Shown piece by piece: positions 49,209 to 62,799 of a stretch of DNA of 64,000 bases. Below the pieces are notes generated by a model. That model did no database searches. It had not been told where the DNA came from and saw nothing but the letters and a program-made list of their open reading frames with translations. Position 1 is the stretch's first letter; every line of letters begins with the position of its first letter. The stretch comes from Malacoraja senta (Eukaryota): assembly GCA_038087875.1 (NCBI GenBank), contig CM075980.1, positions 9,982,001 through 10,046,000 of the forward strand. Direction: 5' to 3'. The position numbers and the translations under genes were made by a program.

Positions 49209-49827
49209 GTAAGTATCCTTCAATGATGCAATGAAGCACCATAACTGAAATAAGAAACTATGCAAAACTGCTATTGATTAAGGAGCTCATATGTATGTAA
49301 CCACAATTACATACCTAAATTAATGTAAGATACTGCAAGAGCCGGTTGGCCTTGCTGCATTGCTATGTAACATTATGGGATCCTTGTTATTACACAATGA
49401 TTACCAATGGCTTGACCTAAGGAAGATTCCTCTACGTGATTCATAGACTTTCTGCTTTGTCTGTTGGACAGCAACACGTACATTTTCCAAAATGGATATT
49501 TAAAGTCAATTTGCCATAATATCTTCAAGTCGTCTTAAATAAATTATTATAATGGAGAGAGAAGGAGAGAGGAATAACAAGAATGTAAGATATCAGACAT
49601 TCCACTGGCTGATGAATGCTCTGTGGATGTTGTTTAGTTACAGAATTAAGCCAAGCTTCATTTCAGTCTAACTAGCTCCCTGCTACCTATACTCGCTCAT
49701 ATTCCAAATACCATTCGCCTATTGTTTTGACATTGCAGTCATACAATAGGGATTGGCAGTCAATCTATCACTAGTAAAAATTCTCATCCAGTTTACATTT
49801 TACCAATCTTCTAGTCCCCTCCCTAGA

Positions 49828-50190
49828 GGCACTGTGGTGACACGGACAGAGCTGTTGCTTCACACCTCCAGTGATCCAAGTTCAATCCTCACTTCGGATG
49901 CTGTCTGTGTGGAGCTTGCATGTTCACCCTGTGACCATGAGAGTTTTCTGTGGGCGTTTACTTTCTTCCCACATCCCAAAAATGTGTGGGCAAGTAGATT
50001 AATTAACCCACTGCAAATGATCCGTCGTGTGTAGGTGAGTGATAGAATCTGGAAGGTGGAGGTGCACAGCGTGGAGATTGATGGGAATGCAGGAGAATGT
50101 ACAAAGTGATTGATCTAGCAATAATGTAGATGGGTGCTGATGCTCAACTTGTACTCTCATTGGGCTATAGGGCAATATAGTATCTGTTTC
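49828..50190 (+). mobile_element. Older V-SINE (HE1-like)
   Basis: Degenerate A/B boxes (AGTTCAATCC), GCTGTCTGTGTGGAGCTTGCATGTTC, CCCACATCCCAAA. Confidence 0.75.
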
Positions 50191-53100
50191 TCTGGTTTTG
50201 GCCTCTTCTAAATCATGTCTTTACATTAGTGAGATGTATACTCAGTAATTCTCTCCCTATTAACTCGGCCAGAGCACCTCTATCTCTCTTTTTTCAAAGC
50301 TAATCCCTTTGACCAAGTTTTATTCACTCTTCAAACTGACATGCAAAGCATCTTAAACAAAATCAGATAAAAGAAAGCAGGTGTTAAAAATTGGGAGAAA
50401 AGAAATTACACAATGGAGGCAGAAGGCATGAGTAGCTTCTAAGATCATTTAAGAAGGGCAGTTCAGTCACATTGTTAAATGTTTTTCCATAATTGCTGTT
50501 CTCTATTTACTTTTTGTTGTCTGAGTGAAGTTCTATATCCATGTGGTTCATAAAGAGTTGTTTTGTAAGGCTCCCTTGACTACTTGCATTCATCACTTTA
50601 GTCGCTATGCCAAACCTTTTCAAGTATCTCACTCCCACGTGTTTTTTCACATCTTCAGATGTTCCTGTGTTACACGTATTTGCTTATTGATCTTCAGCCA
50701 AAATGTTTTGACCTTCTTGATGTTTGTTAAACAATTCAATATGTTTAAAAAGAGAGGTTATATTCTCATTTTTTTGTCTCACTCATATTCTATTTTTCAG
50801 GCCCATGATCAAAACATACACAATTTATCTTTTTTTAAAGTATCCAACTAAAAGTCTTTGCATTAATTCCAAACCTTTGGATGAAATTCTTCTTTAATGA
50901 TTCTCTTCATATAATTTATTTTGCGAAAGCAGCATACTTTGTGTCTTCCTGCCATATTTTAAAACCATTGTACCGTGCCAAAATCGTAATGTAGGTCTTG
51001 TTTTCTTTCCAGCATGACTGTTAGCTGTGTTCTCAATAATGCTTATGAGAATCATGATGTATTGGTCTCATTCTGTCCCTTAATTTTGTATTGTGTATAG
51101 ACTGGACATTGAATTTCTGAACTGTAGATGATAAAGTACTGTAAAAGTTGCATCGATATTCAATGCTCTCTTTGAACTGCATTCCTTTTATGGCTGACAA
51201 TTTAATTGCCAAACCTGGCATGACTACTTCCAAGTTCCACCTGATTTTTCTTTGCCAAAATTCCTCGATGCTCCAGAACATCAAAATGCAAAGTTTATTT
51301 TTTCCTCTGCCAATAATAATCTTAAGTATATCTGCCCTTCTGTCTTTATCTCAAACTGTTCATCGGCCATATTGATGTTGTGGGTCAACAACCAAACGTT
51401 GGTGACAACCCATGGTCCTCAAATTATCCTTTTCCCCAGTCACATCCTTTCTGCATGCTAATTTTGTCCGAGCGGTTTACACCTTGTTCTCTAAGCTGTT
51501 TTTCCACCAACCTTTTGGCAATCCATCTTCCCATCTTGTGAAACATACTGGCCTTTACTGTAAACTGACCCCATCTCTGCCTGTTTATCTCAACTATTTT
51601 TTTTCCCATCATTGCCTTGAACAATCTATCCATAATCCTCCTTTCATTGCATGAGCATTAGAAGTTTATGGGCTGCTTCCCTGGGTGAGAGATGGAGGTT
51701 TGGGGAGTGAGACAAGGAGTAGATAACCAAGCTGACTCCTAGGTACAAATCAGTCAGTTAACTAATAGCCTGAGTTAAGTGGTGTGCAGGCAAGGATTAT
51801 TAAAAAAAAAAAAGGAAAGGCATTAGTGAAAGCATCGTAGAACGTTATAGCATAACATTATAGCATTTTACAGCATAAATGAAAAAGCTAATTGGTTCTA
51901 CTCTTCTCAAAGCCATTTCTTCACTATAAATAATAGCTAAATTTACAATATGAAGATAGTTATTCAATTTGCTTCTCCTTCATTATATTCTAGATCATCG
52001 TAACTCAGATTTTCTTCATATTGATGCTGGTTCTTTTACCATTTACATTATATTTATGTTCTCTAGTTTCTGAGCTATTTCATACATCAAAATCACTCAA
52101 AATTTTGAACACATATCAAACTTCCCTTAAATGTTTCTGTTCCAGGCGAAGAATAAGTCCCACTTTTTTTAATCCCTGCATATCACTGAAGCTTATACTG
52201 ATCCTGTAAACCTTTCTCTATCGTAGTTATTCTCTTGATTTCTTTCCTATGTTGTAGAGCTGGGAATTAGGCACAACGCTCCTGTATTTTACGTGTTTAT
52301 AACAACTTTGGTTTTGTACTCTAGGACATCCCTTGAGAATTCTTTTGTTAATCCTTGCTTCTGTGCTACCTATCTGCTTAAAATCTCAGTCGTAAATCAA
52401 ACTTGGTTAATTCTTCCAATATTTCTTACACTGCCTGGGAGTCGATTATCGTCTGATGATTCTCAAAGTGAAAAACATGAGTGCAAGTTCTTTTCTCCCC
52501 ATTTGCCTTGGTCTTTCTGTGAGAACATAAGTTGACCCTGCATCTTTAAACATAGGGTACCATATTATAAATGTTTAACATATTCCAGCTGGTCATTTTG
52601 CAATTGGAAAGTTGTATATAGTTGTGCTTTGAGAAGGATATTCAAGACATTGAACGTGTATGATGTTCAGCAAAATGATAGTCAAGATAAGATCAACAAA
52701 AGAAATTGGAGAAAACGAAATGGGTTAGGATGCATAAATTTGCTCAGGCATGGAAGAGTGTGCCTGAAGTAATAGTACAAGCAGAATAAATGTTGATCTG
52801 GATTTTGCTGATTGGAGCCTGTTGTCTGCCATGTGACAAAATTATGACTGGGGCAGCATTTGGGAAGCTTCTTATGGGCTGAAATATTCTGGAGCTGTAT
52901 GATGTCCGTGTCGGATACAATTTATATGGGCCTTGTGGATCATCCAGAAAAGCCCCATCAATAGAATATTTCTGGAAAAAGTCTTGACCTGAGAGCAAAA
53001 CCACCACAACCCCTGTCTTACTGTCTGACAACGCTACTGGGGCCACTTGAAGCTCATGAATGTCTCCTTAAATTTATTTGACTATTGAGAAATTACAAAA

Positions 53101-54057
53101 GTACTTAAAAGACCAAATAATACGACAACATTAAAATATTTTGCCTTATTTTTACCTTTAGTCTTGCAGTTGTAAAAGCTAATTTAAGCGAATAACCTCA
53201 CTGCTATTGCAATAATGTTTTATGCAGCTAAAGCTGCAGATACAAAATTGACCCAGCTACAATTCATCAGCAAAATGTTATATTTAAGTTTTGGTTGTTC
53301 AGTTAAGCTCTGCTGTTAACAAGTCAAAGCTAAACTATGATCTTCATGATCAATGATAAAATAGGGTAGATCACATCAGATATGATTGCCTTGGTTAGCT
53401 AAACCAGTGGCCCAGATATGGCAACTAAAAAGGAACTACAAATTAGTAAATCTATAATTATTTCTCCTATATTTATGTATTAAAAAAAAAAAAAGGATTT
53501 CAGCAAAAGATGAATCTTCAGTTTGTCTCCTGTTCACACTTTATTAAAGTAGAATTATCTTATTAAATGCTAATGGCAACATTAATAATTAAAGATTGTT
53601 TCTTTGTATGATTTCATATTACGTAAGAAACATTGTTAATTAATAGTTTTTCCACCAGACCCATGGTTTGCAAAATTACTGAAACCAATGCACCCACAAG
53701 GGTGGTGGAAGCTATAAATGTTTAAACAGTAGAAAATTATCAAGCAGTGCTTTTCAAGGTTGCAGATTAATGGCATGAGCTTTACTCTTATATTCTGGGA
53801 TAAACTGACGTTCATTGTAACCTTGTACACTATACCCATTTACTATCGGGGGAAACTAAGTATCAAGTTATGGTTATGGCACTACAGTATAAATGCGAAA
53901 AACTAGAATGTTGCATCTATTTTTTATCAGGAATTGTAGTCTTCTATCATTTGATATTTGTATTGTTTTCTGTGGACTTTTCTGATTATACAATATCAAC
54001 TAAGCTATTCCAGTGAATAGCAGACTCATCAGACCAGCAGATCCCTGTTCTATTGAG

Positions 54058-54285
54058 GCATTGAGTGATACAGTACCAATACAAACCCTTTAACCTATCG
54101 AACACCATTAGCCATCCACTTACACCAATCATATGTTAATCCCTTTTAAAAAAAATAATTCTTCCAAAAAACAGTGCATTACACACGAGACAATTCACAG
54201 TGGCCAATTAAGCACCCGTGTATTTGGGATGAGGGAGGAAACCAGAGCACCCAGGGAAAATCCATGTGGTCACTGGGAGAATTTA
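54058..54285 (-). mobile_element. Partial V-SINE
   Basis: GGCCAATTAA..TTTGGGATG.GGGAGGAAACCAGAGCACCC..GGTCAC. Confidence 0.65.
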
Positions 54286-54714
54286 TGTGTATTGAGAACT
54301 TATTTTAATTGTAAATTGTTGAAATATGTTTGGCATTTTGTATTAAAGATCAATATTGTTGTAGGTTTTCCACTTAGGGTGATTTGAAAATTAACTCAAT
54401 TTTCTAATGCATGATTAATTGGTGAACTGATGCACTGTGTTATTAGTAGATGCACTGGAGTAGTGTTTGCTTCACTATCACACCCCACTTGTCTAGTGGG
54501 TTCCAGTTTCAGGAATGCATTGCACAGTCGTTTGGAGCCAATCACACCGACACATCTTGCTTTGAAGTAATTTCTTCAGAGTGGACAACAAGGCATGCAT
54601 GGATAATTTGACAGTTCTGTCAATAAGAAGGCTGGCACTAAAATCAATGGCTGCCTTTGAATCTGTGTAGAGGTGCTTGGCTCCAGGAATCTTATTTTAC
54701 TCTTGGAGGCTAAG

Positions 54715-55290
54715 AGCTATAAGGCACAGAAACGAGCCATTCAGCACATTTTGTCCATGCTGATTAAGTTGACATACTGGGCTAGATGCATTTGCCTGCA
54801 TTTGGCCCATAGCCTTCTAAGCCCTTCTCATCTGTATATCTGTCCAAATGTATTTTAAATTTCATAATTGTATCTGTTTCAATAACTTCCTCTGGCAGGT
54901 CATTCAAGATACAAACTACCCTCTGAGTGAAAAAGTTAGTCTCAAGGTCTCTCTAAAATATCTCCCATTTGATCTTAATCCTATGCCCTCTAATTTTAGA
55001 ATCCACTACCCTGGATGGAGATTGTGAAGATTTGCTTTGCACGTGTCGCTCTTGATCTTACACACCTCAGCCTCTTACGCTCTAAAGAAAAAAGTTCCAG
55101 TCCATCCAACCTCACCCTATAACTCAAACCAACAAGCCCAGGTAACATTCTGGGGAATCTTTTCTGCACCATTTCCAATTATACCCATACACACAGTACT
55201 CCAAATGTGGTCTCACCAACGACTTGTATAGCTGTATCATGATGTGCCAACTTTTGTGCTCGATACCCTTCTCAATGAAGACAAACATGT
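54715..55290 (-). mobile_element. Degenerate CR1 3' fragment
   Basis: EMVQKRFPRMLPGLVGLSYRVRLDGLELFSLERKRLR. Confidence 0.82.
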
Positions 55291-55431
55291 ACTTGGTCAG
55301 ACCCTCAGGATTTATCCACCCTAATGTGCTTTAAAACTGACAATAACTTTTTTTTAATAGTAATTTGTATATGATCTATTCTATCACAATTCCTATTGCT
55401 TGGCTCCCACGATCCACTCCTCAGTTAAGAA

Positions 55432-55578
55432 AAACCCTACAGGTTTGTAGGTTAATTGGCTTGGTATAAAAATGTTAAATTATCCCTAGTGTGTGTAGGA
55501 TAGTGTTAGTGTGCAGGGACGGTTGGTCGGTATGGACTCGGTGGGCTGAAGGGCCTGTTTCCGTGCTGTAAAACTAAA
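55432..55578 (+). mobile_element. V-SINE 3' half
   Basis: GGTTTGTAGGTTAATTGGCTT..CCCTAGTGTGTGTAGGATAGTGTTAGTG..GGGCCTGTTTCCGTGCTGTA. Confidence 0.75.
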
Positions 55579-56169
55579 AATGGATAAGAACTATTCATTT
55601 AATATTTCCCCCATTCCTTGTGTTTCTATGACCATGTTGATCTTTAATTGTCATCCTAGCCAGCCTTTTAATATATCTGTAGAGTCTAATGGGATTTTCC
55701 TTTACATTTCCTGCCAGCTCCATTTCATGTACTCTCTTTGCCTAAATGTAGATGCCACTCTTTTGGACGAAGTTCACCATTCTTCCAAAGGCCTCCTACG
55801 TCTAATTCAAAACATTAAACCAAAGCTTGGCTTCCCTAAGGAAACTGACGTTCTGTTTGTTAGCAAACTTCTGAAATTGCTACAAGGGTCAGTATTCAAT
55901 CTCCAGGTTTTCATTAAATTGTTGGAATAGTAGGTCCTCTAGTGGCCAACAAGATGACAGTCATCAGTTTGTACATGACTGTAGGTCAGTAGTGCATAAT
56001 TTGCTTTCATGAAGGGCCAGATTAACAATCTGAAATATTTACGAGGGCGATTCATGTAAGTGCAGTAGTTTTGGTTGTTGTGAGCTGTGTTTGTAGTTTT
56101 CCTTCTGATCATGCTTGCAGCATGGAATCCTGCGGTTCCTGTACTTTCTCAGCAGCTGTGCTTGCACTA

Positions 56170-56670
56170 CTTTGCACTTTCCACTAGTGGGAGAGTTTTG
56201 GATAAGAAGACACGGTTACAAGTTATGGGAGTAGGCGTTTAAAACAGAGGTGTACAGCAATTTCTTCTGACAGCGTGATGAATCTCTGCAACTCTCCACC
56301 CCAGAGGCTTGCAAAGGCGAGATCACTGGAGGTACTTGAAAAGGAGGTTGGCACATTTTTGAAAGGTCTGGAATTTAAGGCTAGGGGGAAACTAGTACAG
56401 AAGAGTTGTTAAAGACTGGGCAGACAGCCATGAGGTGGCACAGTGGCGCAAGGGGGGTGGGGTGCTATTATCGGATAGATCCAGTAACCCTGATTCAGTT
56501 TTGTCTTCCGGTGGCTGTTGGTAAGTTAATTGGCCACTGCAAATTACTCCTGGTGTGGTGTGCATGTGAGTGGTAAAATCTGAGAGGAATTAACAAAAAT
56601 GCAAGGAATATAAAGTAAGATTTTAATGGGTTGGAGAGGACTCTTGGTAGGCTGAAAGGCCCGTTTCCCT
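56170..56670 (+). mobile_element. Degenerate CR1 3' fragment followed by a degenerate V-SINE
   Basis: GAATCTCTGCAACTCTC..CCCAGAGG; GGTGGCACAGTGGCGCA head at about 56433. Confidence 0.6.
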
Positions 56671-57454
56671 GGTTTCAAGAAATCCTCTTGGATGCATCTC
56701 TCAAATTCTGCCCCTTCTAAGTCTTTGGCTCTGAGTTAGTCCCAGTCAATATTGGGTAAGGTAAAGTCATCCACAAAGACAACCCTATTGCTTTGGCATA
56801 TTTTGGTAATCTGTATACAAATCTGTTCCTCTATCTCCCGGAGTAGTATTTTAACTTTGAATAAACAATGCATATCTAGCTTCAATTGATCCAGTGATGC
56901 TGGTGCAGGGAATTCAAGAGTCAAGAGTGGTTTATTGTCATATGTCCCAGATAGAACAATCATTCATCATTTATGTGGCGATCATTTATGTGGTCAGTTT
57001 CCACTGATTTGTTTGGCATGCAGCAGAAGAAATGGTCCTGCGGCATTTCTTGGCCTTTTTAATTTCTAATCAAAAAGCCAAAAAATGCAGATACCAGAGA
57101 TCTGTAACAAGACCATAAACTGCAAGAAATAGTCAGCTTTCTTTATGAAAGATCATCAACCTGAAATGTTGACAGTTTATCTACCGAGTAGTGCTGCTTG
57201 ACCTGCTGTATATTTCCAGCATTTTCGTTTTTTATCATTTTATCTAAGCTGGGGAAGAGAAGAATTGGCCAGTGTTATTTTTGACTGGTATTGACTCATT
57301 CTTGGAAAGACTGGAAGTGTGGCCTTTGGGCTCTCCTCAGTTGGGTAACCTTAAGAAGCCTGGGAAAGGTGGTTGAAAATCGCTAAGAAGCATAGAAACA
57401 GGAAAAGACACTGGCTGACTGAAATTTCATATTAAAATCCTTCATGTTTTCTAG

Positions 57455-57538
57455 AACACACATGCAGGATCTGCAGGAAGTCACTCAAGATCTACACTAC
57501 GAAAATTTCCGTTCAGAGCGGCTGAAGCGTGTTGGCAG
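57455..57538 (+). CDS. SEPT2: Septin-2(-like) coding exon: [28 protein letters not shown]
   Basis: ttttctAG acceptor at 57453-57454, GTtggt donor at 57539; 84 nt, phase 2-2. Confidence 0.95.
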
Positions 57539-58975
57539 GTTGGTTAATGTTTTCTTCTCTGTGCCTTGTATACTTTTTGTGTTCTGCAGGAAAGCTATTA
57601 CTAAATGCTCACTTTTAGATCATCTGGTGTAAATTTAAAATTGTTCTTAATGTGTTAGCAATTTAAATTCAAAGATCGCAGTCTTTAAGGTTTATTAGGC
57701 TATTTGAGAGGAAGTATGCTGAGTCATTGAAATCACAGCTTTTATCCTACATCTGTGTTGAATTAATTAATCTCAACTAGAACAATGAATTGTGCTGCAC
57801 TGGCTTCTGCAGCTTTTGGCATAAGAAGTAACAAAAAATACTTGTTTCCTCGACTTGACCAATGTTTAAATTTCCTAACTGTGCCGGCTGCAAATGTTAA
57901 ATATGACTTATTGGGTGAGGCGGTGGAGAACAGCTGCCTCCTGTAGGAATTTCTTGCATCATGTCATTCAATGGTTTGTAAAAGAGTGGTCAAAACTATT
58001 TTGGGTATCTGAGGAGCAAAGACTTGAGTGGAAACAATTAAGGACACCTCCAAATGTTTGTTTTTTGCTTCTTAAGGAAGAACAAAAGTATTTTGGTTTC
58101 TACTTGCATAAATCACAAAATATTCAGCCACCAGCTGAAAAGTAGTTTCAGTAATCTTAAAGATAATGGCATGTTGTTATTCTGCTGAAGGTAGCTGCAA
58201 TACAAAGAGTAGATAATGACACTTAGGCTGTACAAGGCCTTGCTCATATTTTGAATTCCTTGATATTATAAACGTGTGGAATCTAATTGAAAGTGAAAGG
58301 ACAAAATTAATCTACAGGATGGAGAAAAGGAAATAATATTCACTGTGGAGTAAGGGTGGGCAGGTATGTGGGAGTGGGGATGGAGCACAGATTTTCCTGT
58401 TATCCAAGGGCCTCCCATCAGGGTTTCAACGGTGTGAAATGCCCAAAAGAATCACTGTATACATTGTGGCAACGTGACGTTTTGGTTGTGGTATGGTGGT
58501 AAATTTAAGAGGCTATTGTGGAAGGCTCAGAAGGTTAAATTAAACCTATAATTGAAGCAATGATTCATATAGTACATTTTGGTTAATCTGTGGAACTAGC
58601 CGTCATAGTACAGAACTTTTAAGCAATTATATAATTTTCAATTGTGTATTTGCCACTTTGCCACTTGTTCCGTGTGCCACAATTTTTACGAAGTTGAAAA
58701 ATATGTTGTCTTCCTCCTCAATGCATGTGCACATTGAAAATGCCGTGGTCATTGTAGGAAAGCCTGAAAGTCACTTTCTATTTAGGTTGAAGATGTTACA
58801 TTTGATTGTAGAAAGCCCAGAATAAATGTGTTTGCAATCTGTAGCTGCATAAACAGCAGTTACTATTGTATAGATTTTACAATAATCAAAAAAAATTTCA
58901 ATAAATATAATTATTGGTAAGATACTCGCATAAGAATGGTATTTGTACATAGCTTGCAGTTTCTTTATCACGATT

Positions 58976-59462
58976 TTAGGGTACAGAAGTTGATTTACGA
59001 GGATGTTGATTTACGAGGATGTTGCCAGGACTCGAGGGACTGAGCTATAGGGAGAGGTTGAGCAGTCTGGGACTCTATTCCTTGGAGCATAGGAGGATGA
59101 GGGTGATCTTATAAAAGTGTATAAGAGGAATCGATCGGGTAGATGCACAGAGTTCTTGCCCATAGTAGAGGAATCGAGAACCAGCGGACATAGATTTATG
59201 GTGAAGGGAGAAAGATTTATTAGGAGTCCGAGGAGTAAGTTTTTCACACAAGGTGGTGGGTGTATGGAACGAGCTGCCAGAGGAGGTGGTTGAGGCAGGG
59301 ACAAATGCAACATTTAAGAAACAATTATACAGGTACATGGATAGGACGGAATTGGAGGGATATGGTCCAAACACTGGCAGGTGGGACTACTGTAGATGGG
59401 ACGTGTTGGTCAGTGTGGACAAGTTGGGCCGAAGGGCTTATTTCCACATTCTATGACTCTAA
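58976..59462 (+). mobile_element. CR1 3' fragment with an 18-bp tandem duplication near its 5' end
   Basis: GTTGATTTACGAGGAT twice; VVGVWNELPEEVVEAGT..FKKQLYRYMDR. Confidence 0.88.
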
Positions 59463-61660
59463 GTTTTAAAAATTAAATAAATTATTGATAATAATGTTTC
59501 AAGAATTTGCCGTATATATTAAATTAAAGTTTATAGATCATTAGGCTATATGCAACTTTGATTTGTTGTGCATGTTTGCAACTGAGTTCTTGTGCATTGC
59601 TATTAAAAAAAAATATTACATGTATAGTAATATAGATGTATATGTGAAATTAAAGCACAAAATGCAAGAATACAGACAGCTGGTTAGGCAACATCTTTGG
59701 AGCAAGATATAGCAGTAACATTCAGCTCAATGACCTTTCATTAGATCATAGGTCCTCGGTTTGATGCATTCTCCATAATGATCCCTGATCTGATTGAGCA
59801 ATTTTCTGTTCTTAATGCATATTATCATTTGATCAATATTATTTGAACTGTATTGAGGTAGTGGCAGTTTAGCTTTTGAGAGATGAACATTGGGGAAATG
59901 TACTCCATAAAATGTGTTTTTGCTTAATAGTTCTCGGTTAGTTGTATCGAATCTATAAATGTTACCATACAGAAAAAAAGCTGCTAAACACAGTCATGTT
60001 TCTTCTCACATCCTCCAATTATTTAGACCTTTTCAAAAGAATTCTGGGCTTGTTTTCACATTCCAATCACTCTACATTTTTTTGGATCTCCCTTGAATTC
60101 TTCCTGTGATTGTTTCATGTTATGTCCCAAAGCTAACAGGTGCAAGTAACTTGTTTGCATTTCATAAAGTCCAGACTTTCCGAACATATATCAGTCTTAC
60201 AATTTCAGACATAGTTGTCTTAGAAATGGTAAGTTTTCATATTGACAAAAATTGATCTATCATTCTGTTATCCTATATGTTAGCTTAGAGTTTTTTTAAT
60301 TTGTCGTACTCCATTATGGTACTGAAATGGCTTACTTTGTTCAAAGTAATTGTGTATGGTAGTATACCAAAGGGCCAAGCAAAGACTTCTGTTGAATGTC
60401 ACTCACCATAGTTTTCCACTCTATATAGTTTTCTTTAAGCTATGGTTGTATCAATGTTGATTAATTTACTTTGTCTTCACCTCAAAATACATCCCGTTCT
60501 CCTTCTTTTCCAATTTTTGATTGGAAGCATTTTGATTAATACTGACAAAATTAGTTTCTTTAACCGCTTAGTTGGATTCATAAATATGACTAATAGAATT
60601 AGCATTGTACTTATCTAGAATATGATGCCGGCAGAAATTTTGCAGTGCAGATGATTGTGAGTAATTCATGTAAATTGGCTGTTATCTTACTCCAGAACTT
60701 TGAGCAAATCTCACAAAATGGTGTTCCTTTGTTACAATATCAGAACATTAAGCCTCGGCGAATAATTGTGCAGTAAAACATTGAAGGGAAGACCAGCTCA
60801 CTGGGTGTATTGAGAGAGTAAAAGCAAGAGTGAGGATATAACATCCACCCAAGGAGAGAATGTGTTGAGTCACCTTTTGGCTTTGCTGAAGTATTGTGTA
60901 AGAAGCTCTTCAGTAGTCCTGCAGCTGTCAGTGTCTGCCCTGAACCTTATTATTGTTCTACTTAGCAAGTTGAAATGTCAAAACATTCTTTGGGCCAAAT
61001 TGGAACACATAATTTATGACAATAAATTGCTTCAAATAAACTGAGCCAAGTTGAAAAATAGTTGAAATAGAAAAGTGTTTTGACATTTCCAGGATTGTCA
61101 GATTTACTTGGACTTGGTGTATATTGAGAAGTCATTAGTTATTGCACTTGATCTCTCATTCATATCCTTCAATTAAAATCCATCTCCTGTTGCAGTTATA
61201 AAAACTATTAACTATTTATTATTTCTGCACTCATTCAATTCACCACTTCTGCACAGCCACGCCCTCGATTCCATTTTTAATGCCCTGAGCTCTGCTAAAA
61301 TTATTTTCCTCAAGCCAAACTAAGCTAGAATGTAGTAATAATTCCTGCTGCTGTTATGGTGTGCAAATTGTCATCTTGACTCTCCTATTTCCCCCGCTCT
61401 GTAAGCTAGTCAATCTTGCATCCATGTTAACTTCTTGCCTCCTATGCTACGCTTTCATTTTCTGCAATAATCTTTGATGCAGCACCTTATCACACATTTT
61501 CTGAAGATCCAAGTACAAAATATCCATTGGTTTCTTTTAAAGAACTCCACTGGATTGATCAAATGTGATTTCACTTTCATTAAACTGTGCCTACATTATC
61601 TGTTGTACATTCAACCCTCAATTTTTGTCTGCTGAACTACATTGACTCACAAAGAAGTAA

Positions 61661-62066
61661 AGGGCCTGTCCCACGAGCATGCGACTGAATGCGGCAAGCG
61701 CGACCAAACCGGAAGTGGGGGCCGCGCGGAGGTCGAGTGAGTGACGTGAAGTTCGAGCGAAGTCCGCGGGAAGTTCGCGCGTGACGTACTGTGTCAAGAC
61801 ACTGCGTACGGCGTCAAGACGCAGCGTACGGTGTCGAGACGCTGCGCACGCCCGTCGAGGCGGTGCGTACGGCGTCGAGGTAGCTGCGGGCCGGCAGGCC
61901 GTAGCCGCGCGAAAATTTTGAACAGTGTCAGTTTTTCGGAGCCCCGCGCGATGTGGGGACAACTCCATACGGCTCCAGCGATCGAAGTGGGACCGGCCCC
62001 GCGAGGCCGTACGGCTCAAGCGACCACGTTAGGTCGCGCTTATCGCATGCTCGTGGGACAGGCCCT
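61661..62066. mobile_element. PIF/Harbinger-type MITE, complete
   Basis: 24-bp perfect TIR AGGGCCTGTCCCACGAGCATGCGA; TAA TSD (61658-61660, 62067-62069); CpG-rich interior. Confidence 0.9.
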
Positions 62067-62311
62067 TAACACCTTAGTTTTGAACATTATTGTTTTCAAA
62101 TTTCTCCTGCCTCTTCGTCTCTATAATTCAGATGTTATTTGTGAAGAGCACGGTGATATTTGATGTGTCGTGGAAAACTTGAGTTTAATTTTGTTAACTA
62201 TGATTGGTAGTATCATGGTATCTATTCTAGGCAATTTCACTTGGTTCTATTTTATTATTTGAATTTAAATTCCCCAGCTGCAGTTTTGAGATTCCTAGTT
62301 GTGTCTACAGA

Positions 62312-62705
62312 GTTTAGTTTAGAGATGCAGCATGGAAACAGGCCCTTCGGCCCACTGCGTCTGAGCCAACCAACAATTTGAGTCCTGACCGTTGCATACT
62401 AGTCCCATAACTTTACCATGATACAAAGTATAATTGACTTTGCTGAAGATTTGCATGTTACTTAAGAGCTTTACTAAACTGTCCCAATCACTCAACCTTT
62501 CTGGTTTAGTTTAGCGATACAGCATGGAAACAGGCACTTTGGCCTGCCATGTCCACACCAATCATTGATCAGCCATTCAATCTAGTTCAAAGTAATTCCC
62601 AATCACTACACACTAGGGACAATTTACAGAGGCCAATTAAACTACAAACCCGTGTGTATTTAGGATGTGGGAGGAAACTGGAGCACCCTAAGGAAACCCA
62701 CATGG
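62312..62705 (-). mobile_element. Two partial V-SINE copies
   Basis: TTTAGTTTAG.GAT.CAGCATGGAAACAGGC tails at about 62312 and 62505; V-domain remnant at 62600-62705. Confidence 0.7.
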
Positions 62706-62799
62706 CCTCAGCGAGACCAGCAACCGGAGTTGTCTTGTCACACACCTTGTGTGTGAAAATCTCTGCTCTCTACTCCTTTTGTCTCACACCTTGTGTGTT

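Noticed and set aside
60175-60228. Frame-preserving 54-nt septin cassette exon
   Set aside because: Contains in-frame TAG stops in the required phase.
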